From assembly GCF_004010195.1 (NCBI RefSeq), contig NC_057753.1, forward strand, positions 12,294,842 to 12,358,841: DNA of 64,000 nt, read 5' to 3'. Below the pieces are notes generated by a model, which saw nothing but the letters and a program-made list of their open reading frames with translations, searched no databases and was not told the DNA's origin. Below are positions 36,176 through 51,095 of this stretch, piece after piece. Source of the stretch: Chiloscyllium plagiosum (lineage: Eukaryota). A program made the position numbers and the translations under genes. The number at the start of each line of letters is the position of its first letter. Within the stretch, counting starts at the first letter, position 1.

Positions 36176-39100
36176 TGTCACCCAAAGACATGTACTTCAC
36201 AGGTAGTATATGAAATGGTAATTTCTAGTTCAAGTTCATGTCTCAAAAGCATCGATTTCATTCAAGGTCTTGTAGAACAGTCTCGTTATCTGCTGATATC
36301 AGATGTTCTTTCTCCTCTGCTTTCTACATTTCCGTATATATATTTCTGTAACAGCTAACCTGACAGTGCTTATGATTCTTGCCCAAAGAAAATGCAGTCT
36401 TTCTAGTTGTATCATTTAATTACTTGGCTTCAAATGTAGTGGCTGATCTCTCGGTCTGGTAACTGCTGTAATATTGTATTACATTTCTGGAATTAACTTC
36501 CCATCAAATGTTTTGTTCATCACTCCAATATTCAGTATCCGTGATGTCATCATGTACACAGCTATTGATTTTTCAGCGTGGTTGATGGCTGCGTTCATCT
36601 TTGATAGATTTGTGGCCATTTCTTTTCAGAAGCTGAAAATGAACTACTGCAGAGAACAGGCAGCAGCGCTGCTTACTGGAATCGTGATAGCACTGAGCTG
36701 TATAAAAAGTGCCTTTGTGTTTTTTTTTAAATAAACTTATCTATATAATTCATAATTTACCCTGGTTCTGCGACATAAAATTAATATTGAGTACGTCACT
36801 GGCATGGGCACCTTCTGATTGGAATCGTATCATTTTAAACCTTTGCCTCCCATTCATTCTGGTGTTCCAGCTCAACGCTTTGACTGTTAGACATCTTGCA
36901 GTGGTCAATCCGACCTACAGGAGACTCCGAATTCAGGGAAGAGGAGAACATGAAAGGGATTCACAAATGGAAAAATGCAAAAATGTCCACGCGTTTTCTC
37001 CTCACCATCTCACGCAGCCTCATCCTGTTATATATTTTATTTTTCATAACGCCCATCTATGTACAAATTGCGAACGTATCTTATTTTTCAGGTTTCAATT
37101 AAAGTCAGTTGTATTTTATTCAACAGGAACGTGGATACCTGCTTCAGTTTATGAGTTCCTGCACCAAACTATTTATGTATACTCAGACCCACAGTAAATT
37201 CAGAGCCGAGTAAAAGAATGGTTGGAAGTATCCACTGGGGTTCCTTATGAAATTGTGTAACTTTTGAAAATAATAACACCTAACATAAATCAATGTTAAA
37301 TTGCAACTTTTGTCTTATTAACCATAATTCTCAGACATTCCTTTCCAAGTCACATGCATTCTTATCTCCTTACCAAATAGGTGATTTCGGGAATTCCGAA
37401 GGCATTACCCTTTGTCATCACAGCACAACTCTGATTGGTAACTGTCCTGAATTAGATTCTCGGTTTTTTGCCCATAATGGAACTGATCTATTCATCTCTT
37501 AAATCTTCAAGAATGTTTAGTTGATTTGCAGTAATCGGTAATGAACCTTGCAGTCAAGAGTATTTCTTTTAAATATTATTTCTAGTTCACCCCGAAGGGC
37601 AGTTTACAGACAACCACGTTGCTGTGCGACTGGAGTAATGTGCACTCCGCATCAGGTAAGAATGGCATCCAGTCAAGCAGATGGTACCACTTAATACCAA
37701 ACTTCTTTTTATTGAATTGAAATTCGACCAATTGCCATGGTGATATGCGAAAATTAGTCCGAGAACATACCCTGGTTTGTGGATTCACAGCCCAGTGGCA
37801 ATGCCACCTGGCAATCGCCTCCTTCTTCGTTCATGGGATGCATGTTTGTATATCCAGTGTGTGTGCCCTGCTCGAATGTATTTTCCCAGTTTGGAGTTCT
37901 CCCTGCATTCATAGCTAGGATAGACTCTTCTATCGTTCATGGATGGATGTGCAGACTCTCATGAAAAAAGTGACATATGTGTCTATACCTACCACTACTT
38001 TTCCAATTCCTACCACTTTGCCGAACATATGAATGCTATCAGCCTGTTGGTGAACACTGTTGCGCCCGAACATATTACTCTCTGCTGGAGGAGAGACTTC
38101 ACTTCATAAACTGAGAAAACAAAACTTTTCAGGATTCAGGCAGAAGGAGGGAAACATCAGACAGCACCACAGCCGGGGGAGAGAATGGCCGCATAGCGTT
38201 ATCACTAACTGTCAATCCAAACTGCCAGGTCAAGTTCTGATGACCTCAATTCGAATCTCGCCAGTGGGACTTGAATGGACGAAAGAGTCTAATGATGAAA
38301 GTGAATCGTTAACCAGGGAAAAAATGCATTTTGTTTACTAATGTCCTGCAGGGAGGTAACTGCCAGTCTTACCTGGTCTGACTACATGTGACACCAGACC
38401 AACAGCAATGTGGTTGACTCCTAATTGCTGTCAGGGCAATTAGAGATCCGTAATAAATGTTAGATTTGCCACAGACGCCCTCATCCATTGAATAAAATAA
38501 TTTTAAAAATGGCATTGGTCTCAAATCACACGCTGGGTCAGATTAGTGATTAATTGAATACTTCTGTAAGTGCTCAACATTGCAAATGAAATGTGATATT
38601 TACAGTATACAGTTATATGGCGATGTACTCTCGCTGGGGCCCACATCAATCTAAACCTTTGTGGTTTGCTGACAGTTACACTTTGTCTGTACTACTGTAC
38701 TTATTCTGAACTTTATCTATCGTCATGCGTTTTAAACTCCGAATTTTACACTTAAACGAATAAATATATTGCTTGCCTTCTCTTCCGTTACCTCTGCACC
38801 CATTATGTCTTCATTAAAGGGGTATTCATGCCAGACAAATTTAAAAAAATTCGTGGATGGCATGGAGGTAGGAAAAATAAAACAAAATTAGGAGATATAA
38901 TGTAATTGCAATTTCGGTCGACGTTTGATAAGGTGCCACATTTTAATGAAACAAGAGACTACATCGTTGCAGTGATTTGATAGTGAATAGACGACTGGAT
39001 AACTAACAGAAGACCATATGTTGAGCAAGTACTTTCCTTAGTTTTGTTATTTGCTGATGGCATCACTAAATTATGTCGTCAGTGAGCATGGAAAGGAATC

Positions 39101-40463
39101 CCTAAAAACTAAAACGGCACCCCTCAGAAAAAACAAGCCAAGAGGAGCCCTAAAAACAGTGCTGCTGTGCAATAGCGCAGATTCGTCAGCAGGTTGGAAC
39201 ACTGCATTATTTTAGTTGGAATAGCAAGCATCGGGCAGAGAGGTTTTGACACTTTAATTCATTCAACCTCCAGTCTAAGCATATGTCATTACGTGCAGAG
39301 ATGAATACCCAAGCATAGACATATTGACATACACACACGAATTAGAAACGCGAAGAGGAACTACCACAACAGATCTCAAATCTTCTCTTGGTGTATAAAC
39401 AGTTCAGGACTGATGTATGGGATCATGCCAGATTGTTATATTTTGTCAGTACAGGGAAGTTCGATCGAAGGATCAGTTCCCATGCTGGACAATGATGACG
39501 TTATAAATGCGGAGCACAGCCAAGACCAGAAAAGTGGTATTTTCATGTGGGCGTTGTGGGCAGGGATGTCGTGTAAAATTAATACTACTGCATCTATATT
39601 TACAAATGATGGGATTACCTTCTCAGCCATTGTGACAGACGACGAAATGGTTTCACCAGAAGAGTTCAAAATTTAGATAAGACAGTACTTGGATAGATTA
39701 TTGAAATTTAAATTTGACAAGGCACTGGGATTGAACGAGATACATGGAAGGACATTGAAGGAAATCATGGTATAAATTATCGGGGCACTGGTAGTAGTCT
39801 TTCAGTCTTCTATGGTTTCGAGGCACACCAGCAGTCTCGACACGCTGACTTTATTTCTCCCTCCACAGATGGTGCCACACCTCCTCAGCCACTTCAGAAT
39901 GTTCTGTTTTCATTTCAGAAGAATTGTTTCATTTATCGGTTTGAAAGCGCCCTCTGATAGACACTGACTGGAATTCTCAGTTTTTGACAGGGTTCTCAAT
40001 ATTTCTGCAGATGTGTGGTCTCCCTGGCACAGAGATGTATAAATATGAAAAACCATGGGCTGGAGATATTGAAAGCAACGGGTTTGTTTACTTCCATTAA
40101 ATTTTCAGCGGACCTTCCTGTTAAAACTGGAGACTTCTTTTATCTCCTCGTGTTATATAGTTTCAGTAAATATTTCAGAACTTCGTGGTGATACCTGATT
40201 TACAAGAACATGGTTGTAGTTGATTAGGTTGTCAAATAACGGAAGCCCAGATTTATGATATCTCATTCTGAATCGTTAATTTAAATTGATCTTGTGACAT
40301 TGAATCTTTGCAATTCTGTGCTGTAATACATTTACGACATGTTTCAAAAGACAAGTAATAAATAAAATACCTGCTACGTGCACTAAGTATTTCGTAACAA
40401 ATTCACCAGGCACCAACGCAATTATCTTCATTCAGGATGATAGGGAACACGTGTCTGTTTCCG

Positions 40464-43400
40464 TGTTACGGCTTGGGGTAAATGCTCCTGCTTAATTTAA
40501 AGCCAACAACACAGAAAAGATTTATCCCGTGTAGTAATCTGTAAAATATCGAGTGGCCAAGATCGATTTAAAGTTAAAATTAACGAGTTTATTTTTTAAA
40601 GAATAACAGAGAACAATTAACTAGCCACTATTTAAAATTTCCTTCTCTGACTTGTCGTTTACTTTCTCTTCTATAATATTAGAACAATAAAATTCCCAAC
40701 TATGACTTGCAAAACAGAACTTCTTATCTCAAAACCAGGCAGCTGTAGGTTCTTGTTTTTGGGCCTTCCTGTGTCTTCTTTATTCCTTGTTAGGAATTTC
40801 TCCGTCAAATGTTACTAATAGAAAAGGTACCTTTAAGGCTTTTACTTTTTCACGCAGTCTGTTACATGCTAGGACTTGGCAGTTGTCCTCACAACTGTTC
40901 AATTTTCCTCTGGTCCTATTCCTCAGAGTATTGGATTGTGTCATTGGCCTTTAAGATTGTCAATATACTCAATTCAAATTTGATTTGAAATTGGCTTTTT
41001 TTGCGGAGTATAATTTAATCTGATTGGCCAAATTCGAGTTTGGTTTTGTCTCCAGGCAACGAGCTAATCAAGTCGTTCGACTAAGCGTTACATACATTGA
41101 TGCCTCATTGAGGAGACTTGGTCTTGTATCGATAATTCTGCTGCTTTTAACTATCTTAAAGTACACCCACATCTTCATAACACCTCTTTCCTTAAGAATA
41201 AAATGAACCATCAAAATAAAAAAGACGGCTTCAGGTTTTTTAATTTTAAAATGTATTACTCTCACATTCGATAACATTCATATAATGACACCCTAATTTG
41301 TTCCCTATACCTACACACGTACATAAAACATTAAACAAAGATAAATCTCATCTAAACTCTATCTGTTCAATCCGCGATTAAACGATTATATTCTTCTGAC
41401 ACGACATCTATGATATTTAAATTAAAAGTCTGTAACATAAGACTCCAATGATAAAGTATCATATTATTATTTTCAAACGTTCTAAGAATGTAAACGGATT
41501 GTGGTCAATGTGCACAATCGTCTCCGAGACATTGCTCGTGACATACTCATTAAAATGCTGTAAGGACAGTACCAAATTCAAAAGTTCCTTTTCGATTGTG
41601 GAGTAATTCCTCTGGTGGATGTTGATCTTCTTCGAAAATTAATCAATCCCATCCTCATTTTCCTGTTGGAGGACAGCTCCAACTCCAATGTCACCAGCAT
41701 CAATGGCGACTTTGTTTTGGACAGTGTGGTCGAGCTAAAACTGGTTTGGTGGTTAATATCAATTTGAAAAGGTCGAATGTCTTCTGGCATGGTTCTGTCC
41801 ACGGAAACTTTGTGTTCTTCTTCAGCAAATGGGTTAACAGTGCCATGATACTTCTAAAGTTTGGAACAAACTTCGATAGTATCTGCTGAGTCCAAAGAAT
41901 CGAAGTGCCTCTTTCTTCAAGAGTGGTCGTGGAGATTCCTCGATAGCCCTCTTGTTGCGTTCCGTGGGGTCAGCTTTCCATTACCAATGTTATGCCCCAA
42001 GGACGTCACCTCTGATTTTGCATATTCCGTTTTATTTAGGTTATTCACCAGGTTTGCTTCTGGTAGTTGTTCAAAGAGTTCTGCCAACTGTACCATGTAA
42101 TGGTTCCAGGCCTTACTAAAGTTCACTTCATCGTCCAAATCGACTGCACAGTTTGTAAACCCAGCCACAACATTTCATGGGTCTTTGGAATGTGGCGGGT
42201 GCGTTCTTCATTCGAAAGACATTACTTTAAACTGTTATAGCCCATGTGGGTTTACAAAAGCAGAAATTTCTTCAGCCAACTCTGATAAATGTACCTGCCA
42301 GTAACCAGGCATTAAGTCCAACTTTGTGATGTAACTGGCTTGTCAAAATTTCTCGATACAGTCCTGCAATCTAGGACTTGGATATGAATCCGATTTTGTA
42401 ACAGCACTGAACTTCCGATAACCCATGCAGAATCTTTGAGTCCCATCCGGTTTGGGAACTAAAATGATCAGCAAACTCCACTCGCTCTGGCTTAGTTCGA
42501 AGATGTTCTCGTCGAGCATGGCCTCCACCTCCACTGGACCTGTCTGGCTTTGAGAGATTTAGACGATAGGAGTGTTGTTATATTGGAGTAGCATTCCCTA
42601 TGTCTGCTTTATGTACAATAGCATTAGTCCTCCCCATCTGATTCTTACACATATCCTTATAGTGTAGTAGTGATCTTTCAAATCCGTTCTATGCTCCCGA
42701 GACAGAGAGATAACTAATCTATCCCACTCCCCAAGGACTTCGTCATTTTTAAAAGTGTTTTGAGCCACCTCAAAATCCATGTCATCTGAATTTGACTTCT
42801 CACTCCGCGTGGCAGTAACTAACACCTGTTTCTCCAGTTCATTCTCTCTCATGTAATACAGTTTCAACTTTTCATATGACATACCAGATACCTTTTGTCC
42901 TATCTGGTATCTTTATTAAATAGTTCACCTAACTCAACATTTCTCAATTTGAAAGGGTCGACTAAACCTGGCTTTGAAAGGATATACCACCATTGGTAAC
43001 AGTACTGACACATTATCCCCTTGGGAAAACTTCCGAGTGTCAAAGTTTTAATCTGCCACGTGCTCCACTGTACACTATGCCATCTTTAGTTGCTGTTCAA
43101 CTAACCTACCTAATCGATTTAAACTCTTCCTCACCTCCGATACATAATCTAATTGTGAGATCTCCGACTTTGAGCCTGTCAATTGTTTCCTTAATTAATT
43201 TCAAAGGGCTTCTCACTTCATGACCGAATATACACTCAAAGGGAGTGAACTGAGTAGATTCGTTTGGGGTATCTGCAATGGCAAACAATATGAATGGGAT
43301 ACCTTTATCCCAATCATACGGGTAATCCTCACAGTATGCTCTTTAAATGGTCTTCAACGTCTGATATCACTTTTCTAAAGCTGCCTGGGATTCAGGATGA

Positions 43401-46400
43401 TATGCACTGGATTTAAAGTGCTGTATACCGAAACTATCCATGCCATCATTAAAAAGGTGAGCAGTTAAAATTAGACCCTTGGTCCGACTGAATCTCCTCT
43501 GGGTAGCCCATACTTTGTGAAGAAAACTACCAACTTCTCTACCACATTTTATTGCCTTGAAAATCCGGGATGGAATTGCCTCTAGAAATCTGGTAGACAC
43601 ATCCATTATGCGTAACCAGTACTGGTTCCCACATTTAGTTCTCGGGAGGGGACCTACACAATCAATTATAACCCACGTGAAAAGTTTTTCAAATGTTGAA
43701 ATTGGCAACAAAGGTTCTGGTTTTATTACCTACCATTTGGCATGTACGACACGTACGGGAAACTTTAACCACATCCTTGCGCATTCCAGGCGATTGAAAA
43801 TATTTCTGCACCTTGGCCTGAATCTTTCGTACCCCAGGTGATCTCCAACAGGTCGTTCTTGTGCTACCTGTAACATTTCCTGTCTGTATGCTACCGGCAA
43901 CAAAATCTGGTGCACCTCGGCCCAGTTGTCATCTGCACTAACCTGCCGTGGACTCCATTTCCGTCTGATGATTCCATCTTTCAAAAAAATAACCCTCTAT
44001 AATATTCTCTGCCTCCTTTTCAGGGTATGCATTTACATATGTATCTTTTATCGTCTTGTCTTGCTGTTGCAATCTCTTTGCCTTTCAGGACTAAACACTT
44101 CTGTCTGACCTTCTGCCTGTTCAGGTTTTTCCTGTAACATTACCTCCAACAAGGTATCCACTAAATGAACTTCAACTCCTTCGTCTTTTTCTTTATCTTT
44201 CACTTCGTGCTGTGAGTTTTGATAGGGATCTCTGTTTACCACACAATCTGGGAAAATACCAGGATATTTCGGTTTTCAACTCCTTAGTCTCTTGGTCTTC
44301 TTGGGCTTCTCCACGACAAGGGGTAACACTCCCACCTTAGATCTTGCCAAGTCATTCCCAAGAACAAACCTAATTCCTGAAACGGACATCCTTTCAATCA
44401 CTCCCACTGTAACTTCCCCAGTCTCCAACCTGAGCTTACACAATGGAATGCGAAATTTCTGTCCATCTATCACACAAATGATCACATTCTCGGCTAACAA
44501 ATTAGATAGAGTGCGTATGCGCTCATCCCTTATGATCAGCGACTGGTTAAATCCTGTATCTATCAAAATTAATCTTCTTCTCCTTCTTCCCCTGTTCTTT
44601 CTGAGTAAACTTTACCCGCAGAAGCGACTTCTTTGTCGATATAAGTTATTAACTCCACACCCAACCCCTGTCTAGGTTGTGCACTCTCCTGCAGCTGCTC
44701 GGCTCTTCCTGGGGTATCCTTTATTACCTTCACCAATGACACTGGCTTAGGTTCTTTTCCCACATCTTTTCCCACAGCGCCAATTATTAATGCCCTGCGT
44801 TGTTTCTTTACATATCCCGCATTAGTACAGTGGAAACATCTGAGGCCTTTCGCCTCCTTTCCATACTCTTTGGCATTTTTTTTTATCCTGTGGTAAAATC
44901 TTACCAGTCTCTTCTCTTGGTTTAGTAGTCTAGGATATCCGCTTCTCCCAACTTCTATCCCTCACAGGACGAAATTCTGGCTGGAAGCTTGACTTATGCA
45001 TCAGCATGTACTCGTCTAATAATTGTGCTGCCATTCCCACTTCCTATCTTTCTGTTCCTCCAGGTGAATTCTTACCATCTCAGGAAGTGAGTTTTTAAAC
45101 TCCTCCTGCAGGATAATCTCTCAAATGCCCTATCTGTTTTCAAAGCACACAGCCATGGATCATAGAGTCATAGAGATGTACAGCATGGAAAAAGACCCTT
45201 CGGTCCAACCCATGCCGACCAGATATCCCAACCCAAACTAGTCCCACTAGCCTGCATCTGGCTCATATCCCTCCAAACCCTTCCTATTTATAAACCCATC
45301 CAAATGGCTCTTAAATGTTTCTAATTGTACCAGACTCCACCACATCCTCTGACAGCACATTCCATACACGTACCACCCTCTGCGTGAAAAGGTTGCCCCT
45401 TAGGTCTCTTTTACATCTTTCCCCTCTCACCATAAACCTATACCCTCTAGTTCTGCACTCCCAGACCCCAGGGAATAGACTTTGCCTATTTATCCTATCC
45501 ATGCCCCTCATAATTTGGTAAACCTCTAGAAGGCCACGACTCAGCCTCCGACGCTCCAGGGAAAACAGCCCCAGGCCTGTTCAGCTTCTCCCTATAGCTC
45601 AAATCCTCCAACCCTGGCAACATCCTTGTAAACCTTTTCTGAACCCTTTCAAGTTTCATAACAACTTTCCGACAGGAAGGAGACCAGAATTGCTTGCAAT
45701 ATTCCAACAGTGGCCTAACCAATGTCATGTACAGCTGCAACATGACCTCCCAATTCCTGTACTCAATACTCTGACCAATAAAGGAAAGCATACCAAACGC
45801 CTTCTTCACTATCCTATCTACCTGCGACTCCACTTTCAAGGAGCTATGCACTTCCACTCCAAGGTCTCTTTGTTCCGCAACACTCCCTAGGAACTTACCA
45901 TTAAGTGCATAAGTCCTGCTAAGATTTGCTTTCCAAAAATGCAGCACCTCGCATTTATCTGAATTAAACTCCATCTGCCACGTCTCAGCCCATTGGCCCA
46001 CCTGGTTCAGATCCTGTTGTAATCTGAGGTAACCATTTTCGCTGTCCACTACATCTCCAATTTTGGTGTCATCTGCAAACTTACCAACTGTACCTCTCAT
46101 GCTCGCATCCAAATCATTTATGTAAATTACAAAAAGTAGAGGACACAGCACGATCCTTGTGGCATTCCACTGGTCACAGGCTTCCAGTCTGCAAAACAAC
46201 CCTCCACCACCACCCTCTGTCTTCTACCTTTGAGCCAGTTCTGTATCCAAATGGCTAGTTCTCCCTGTATTCCATGAGATCTAACCTTGCTAATCAGTCT
46301 CCCATGGGGAACCTTGTCGAACGCCTTACTGAAGTCCATATAGCTCAGATCTACTGATCTGCCCTCATAAATCCTCGTTGTTAATTCTTCAAAAAACTCA

Positions 46401-49400
46401 AACAAGTTTGTGAGACATGATTTCCCACGCACATGACCATGTTAACTAACCCTAATCAGTCCTTGCTTTTCCAAGTACATGTACATCCTGTCCCTTAGGA
46501 TTCCCCCCAACAACTTGCCCACCACTGTGGTCAAGTTCACCTGTCTATAGTTCCCTGGCTTGTCTTTACCGCCCTTCTGTAACAGTGACACCACGATTGC
46601 CAACCTCCAGTCTTCTGGCACCTCACCTGTGACTATCGATGATACAAATATCTCAGCAAGAGGCCCAGCAATCACTTCTCTAGCTTCCCTCCGAGTTCTC
46701 GGGTACTACTGATCAGGTCCTGGGGATTTATCCACCTTTATCCTTTTTAAGACTTCCAGCACTTCCTCCTCTGTAATCTAGACATTTTGAAAACTGTCAC
46801 CATCCATTTCCCTACAGTCTATATCTTTCATATCCTTTACCACTGTAAGCACGGATGCAAAATATTCACTTAGTATCTCCCCCAATGTTCTGTGCCTCCA
46901 CACAAAGGTCGCCTTGCTGATCTTTGAGGAGCCCTATTCTCTCCCTAGTTCCCTTTTGTCCTTAATATATTTGTAAAAACCCTTTGGATGCTCCTTAATT
47001 CTGTTTTCCATAACTATCTCATGTCCCCTTTTTGCCCTCCTGGTTTCCCTCTTAAGTATACTGCAACTTCCTTTATAGTCTTCCAAGGATTCACTCGATC
47101 TATGCTGTCTATAGTTGACATATGCTTCCTTCGTTTTCTTAACCAAACCCTCAGTTTCTTTAGTCATCCATCATTCCCTTTACCTACCAGTCTTTCTTTT
47201 CATCCTAACAGGAGCATACTTTCTCTGGATTCTTGTTATCTCATTTCTGAAGGTTTCCCATTTTCCAGCCGTCCCTTTACCTGCGAAAATCTGCCTCCAA
47301 TCTGCTTTCGAATGTTCTTGCCTAATACTGTCAAAATTGGCCTTTCTCTACATTAGAACTTCAACTTTTAGATCTGGTCTATCCTTTTCCAACACGATTT
47401 TAAAACGAATATAATTATGGTCGCTGGCCCCTAAGTGCTCCCGCACTGACACCTCAGTCACCTGCCCTGCCTTATTTCCCAAGAGTAGGTCAAGGTTTGC
47501 ACCTTCTCTCGTAGGTACATACACATATGAATCAGAAAATTGTCTTGAACGCTCTTAAGAAATTCCTCTCCGTCTAAACATTTAACACTATGGAAGTCCC
47601 AGTCGATGTTTGGAAAGTTAAATTCCCTGACCATAACCACCCTATTAATCTTACAGATAGCTGAGATCTCCTTACAAGTTTGCTTCTCAATTTCTCTCTG
47701 ACTATTAGGGCTTATATAAAAAAATCCCAGTAAGGTTTTCATCCATTTCTTATTTCTCTTATGTCCGGGGATATCCTCCCTCAGCACAGCTGTAATGCTA
47801 TCCCTTATCAAAAATGCCATTCCCCGCCCACTCTTGTCTCCCTTTCTATCCTTCCTGTCGCATTTGTATCCTGGAACATTAAGTTGCTAGTCCTGCTCAT
47901 CCCTGAGCCATATTTCTGCGATTGCTATGATATCCCAGTCCCATGTTCCTAACCATGCCCTGAGTTCATCTGCCTTCCCTGTTACGCTCCTTGCATTGAA
48001 ATAAATGCAGTTTAATTTATTCGCCCTACCTTGTCCCTGCCTGCCCTGACTGTTTGACTCATTTCTGTTCTCAACTATACCTGTCTCAGATTGATCTCTT
48101 TCCTCACAACTCCCTGCCGCCCCTCCACCCCCCCTCCCTCAACACCTTACTAGTTTAAAACCTCCCGAACAGTTCTGGCAAATTTCCCTGCCAGTACATT
48201 AGTTCCCTTCCAATTTAAGTGCAATCCGTCCTTCTTGTACAGGTCACTTCTACCCCAATGATCCAAAAATGTGAATCCTTCTCCCATGCATCAGCTCCTC
48301 GGCCATGCATTCATTTACTGTATCCTCCTTTTCCTGCCAAATGGCTATGTTAACTCTTTCGAACTCAAATAACTCTGAACTGGTTCCTTCTTTGTGTTTC
48401 TGAACCACTGTCTATATGCTTCTGGCACCAATTCATAAGCACTTAAAACAGGCTGTTTAACCTCTTCATAATCATTTGACACCTTATCTGACAATGCAGC
48501 ATATGCCCTCACTAGTTCTGCCTGCCAATTTACTCTGAAATAGCATTACCCATAAATCATCAGACGACACCATCTGCCCAGCCAATTTTTTCAAAGGAAA
48601 TAAGGAAAGCTTCAACATCTTCCTCATAAAAATGTGGCAGTTTTAACACACGTATATTTGTCACTAACTTCTGTTTTAATGTTAAATTGATTTTGCTAAC
48701 TAATTCGCAACTTCTCAAGTACAAATACTCTCTGTCCTCTCTCTCTTTCTCTCGCCCTTTCTTCACTGTCTCTTATTATTTTTGTCTCCCTTTCCTCTAT
48801 CTGCGTTTTTGCACGGCCAAGAACCGTCTCTCTCTTTTTCCTCTTATTCTTTCTTCTGTCTCTTTATCTTCTTTTCTCCGTCTCTCTTTCCTCTCAATCT
48901 TTATGTTTATCTTCTAACTCCAGTTTCCACAAATTGTAATGTAAGTTTTTTCTACCTTTACTGTATTTGTCTGCTTCTCTGACACACCGAGGTGTTTGAA
49001 TAATTCCCTTACAATTTCTTACAATTTCAGGTTTACTTTTGTCCTTGGTGAAATCAAAATCTAATTTTTTCACTAATTCTAAAAGTATGGCATTTTTCAT
49101 TCATTCTAAGCTTTCTTGGCAAATCTGAAAATCATTTTCAAATCCCGTAACTTCTTTAGCAACTTTAAAAACCATTTCTCTCACTTTTAATTTAATCAAT
49201 CACAAGTCACCGAAATTAAACAAATTGTCTCCCCTGCGTTTTATTAAAATATCTCTGCCAGTAAGCCTCAACTGCTTAAATCTGTTGGGAGTTTTCATAC
49301 TCCCAAATCTATTCAAATCTGTCTAAGTAAGTTCACATCACGGACCGGAGTCGCCAATCTGTTACGTCATGGAGTAAACTCTCCTGCTTAATTTAAAGCC

Positions 49401-50071
49401 AGCAACGCAGAAAAGATTTATCCCATGCGGTAATCCATAAGAATTCGAGTGGCCAAGCAGTATTTAAAGTTAAAATTAACAACTTTATTTCATAAAGTAT
49501 AACAGACAACAATTAACTAACCACTATTTACAATTTCTTCCTTTAATCTACGTTTTACCTTCCCTTTTACAATATTAGCCCAACAAATCTCCCAACTAAG
49601 ATTTACAAAATAGCACTTCTTATCTCATGCCAGTCAGCTGTAGGTTCCTGTTTTCGGATCTTCCTGTGTCTTCTTTTTCCCTTGTTAGAAATTTCTGCGT
49701 TCCAGGTTACTGATCGGAGAGGCACGTTTAAGACTTTTTTCATGCAATCCATTACATTCTAGGACTTGGAAGTTTTCCTCTCAACTGTTCCATTTCCCAC
49801 CGGTCTTATACCCCAGAGCATCGCACTGTGTCAATGGTTTTAAGACTGTCAATATTTTCAATTCAAACTTGATGGGAAATTATATTTTTTTCGGGATATA
49901 ATTTAAACTGATCGGCCGAATTCTAATTTGTTTTTGTTTCCAGGCAACGAGCTAATCAAATTTATCGACGAAGTGTTGCATCCATTGTTGCATTATTGAG
50001 AACATGTGATGTTGTGTTCAGTCGTTCTGCTACTTTTAACGATCTTGAAGTACACCCTAGTCTTCATACCA
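40464..50071 (-). mobile_element. Decayed Gmr1-like Ty3/Gypsy LTR retrotransposon (LTRs 49360-50071 and 40464-41182)
   Basis: Two ~715-bp TG...CA direct repeats. PBS-like TGGCGACTCCGGTCC next to the 5' LTR and a purine tract GGAAAGAGG next to the 3' LTR. Gag (LPHFYEEDVEAFLISFEK), protease (IDTGFNQS), integrase (IDCVGPLPRTKCGNQY, SSAYHPESQ), RT (LVPKPDGTQRFC, YPSPRLQDC). Confidence 0.92.
45161..48338 (-). mobile_element. CR1 LINE nested in the gag of the LTR element
   Basis: End of ORF1, APE (FNFPNIDW), RT (YMDFSKAFDKVPH, LFVIYINDL, KFADDTK) and 3' UTR. Gag sequence resumes on both sides. Confidence 0.93.
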
Positions 50072-51095
50072 TTTAGAATTGAACAGAAAATATTCGAATT
50101 TCATTCGACATTAAGTATAATGCAGATCAGCATCAGACTTTGCTCACTGAGAATATAGGGCATTACCCCGAGGCACGATCGGCTGCCCTGTCAGCGCTGA
50201 TGGCAGCTACGTGATAATTAATGAGAGCTATTGACATTAACTTCCTCCGTTTATTACTTTGTCATTCTCAACATCCCTTTTTCTTTTCCTGTTTGTCTCG
50301 AGCTCTGTCACGCTGTTGAAACAAGCTCCACTTCAAAAAGACATCCCTTTTTGCAGTAAAATACGTTACAACAAAGACTGGATAAATAATGGTTGAAATG
50401 AACACAGAGTTTGACAGCTTGAACAAACATAAACCAGAGTCTACCAGCAGAACATGAAGAAACCATGCGGAGTTTTTATTTATCATCCATTTCAAAGTTA
50501 ATCCATAAATGTTGTTTCAGTTTGTATAACACCAATGGAGCAATGATGATGAAGGACCATAGCGACAGCACCCTGTAATTAAAATTATGAAGCACTGAAT
50601 GAATGTCTGAAGAAGACACATAGTTAAAGATGCATCAACGAAAGGGTTCATGAATTCTGAGACAGCGAATCAGAGAAAATTATAATAATATCAGATCTAA
50701 CGTTCTTAAATGGCGATAATTATTTCATTTGAAAATTTGAGCAAGGTTAAATCTTTGTGACGTATTCCATCCACTGCTGCACAATTAGAGAGAAGGGGAT
50801 GGAGGGAGGAGTGGGAGAGAGAGAGAGAGAGTCAGAGATCGTGCCATTCCTTTATCTCCTGATTTCAACAAGCAGCCAATCCATGAGTGCGATATTAAAT
50901 GATGTCTGTTGATCATATCCCATTAAAAAATCCGGTTGTTGAGAATGTTGCTCACCATTGTCGCTATATATGAGGAGAATGTCAAACTCTTCCCTTTGCT
51001 CCTCCAGCGACATCGCTGAGATCTTGGTATCGTCAGCAGCCCCTGGGTTGGAAACAACAGACTAATTGACTTGCGTCTTTTGCATCTTCATGGCC

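Larger units (their letters stand above)
33844..37270 (+). pseudogene. GPR139/GPR142-like GPCR pseudogene, two exons (33844-33913; 36355-~37270)
   Basis: Exon 1 MHRTPAFVGIAIYYPIQGANGIP + G|GTAAAG. Exon 2 after TAACAG|: (A)NLTVLMILAQRKCSLSSCI...AIDFSAWLMAAFIFDRFVAISFQKLKMNYC...LPWFC...LNALTVRHL...GYLLQFMSSCT. Several frameshifts and stops. Confidence 0.9.

Noticed and set aside
50268-50495. TM-like minus-strand ORF with a basic tail
   Set aside because: No linked exons or family motif; no constant-region exon was found anywhere in the window.
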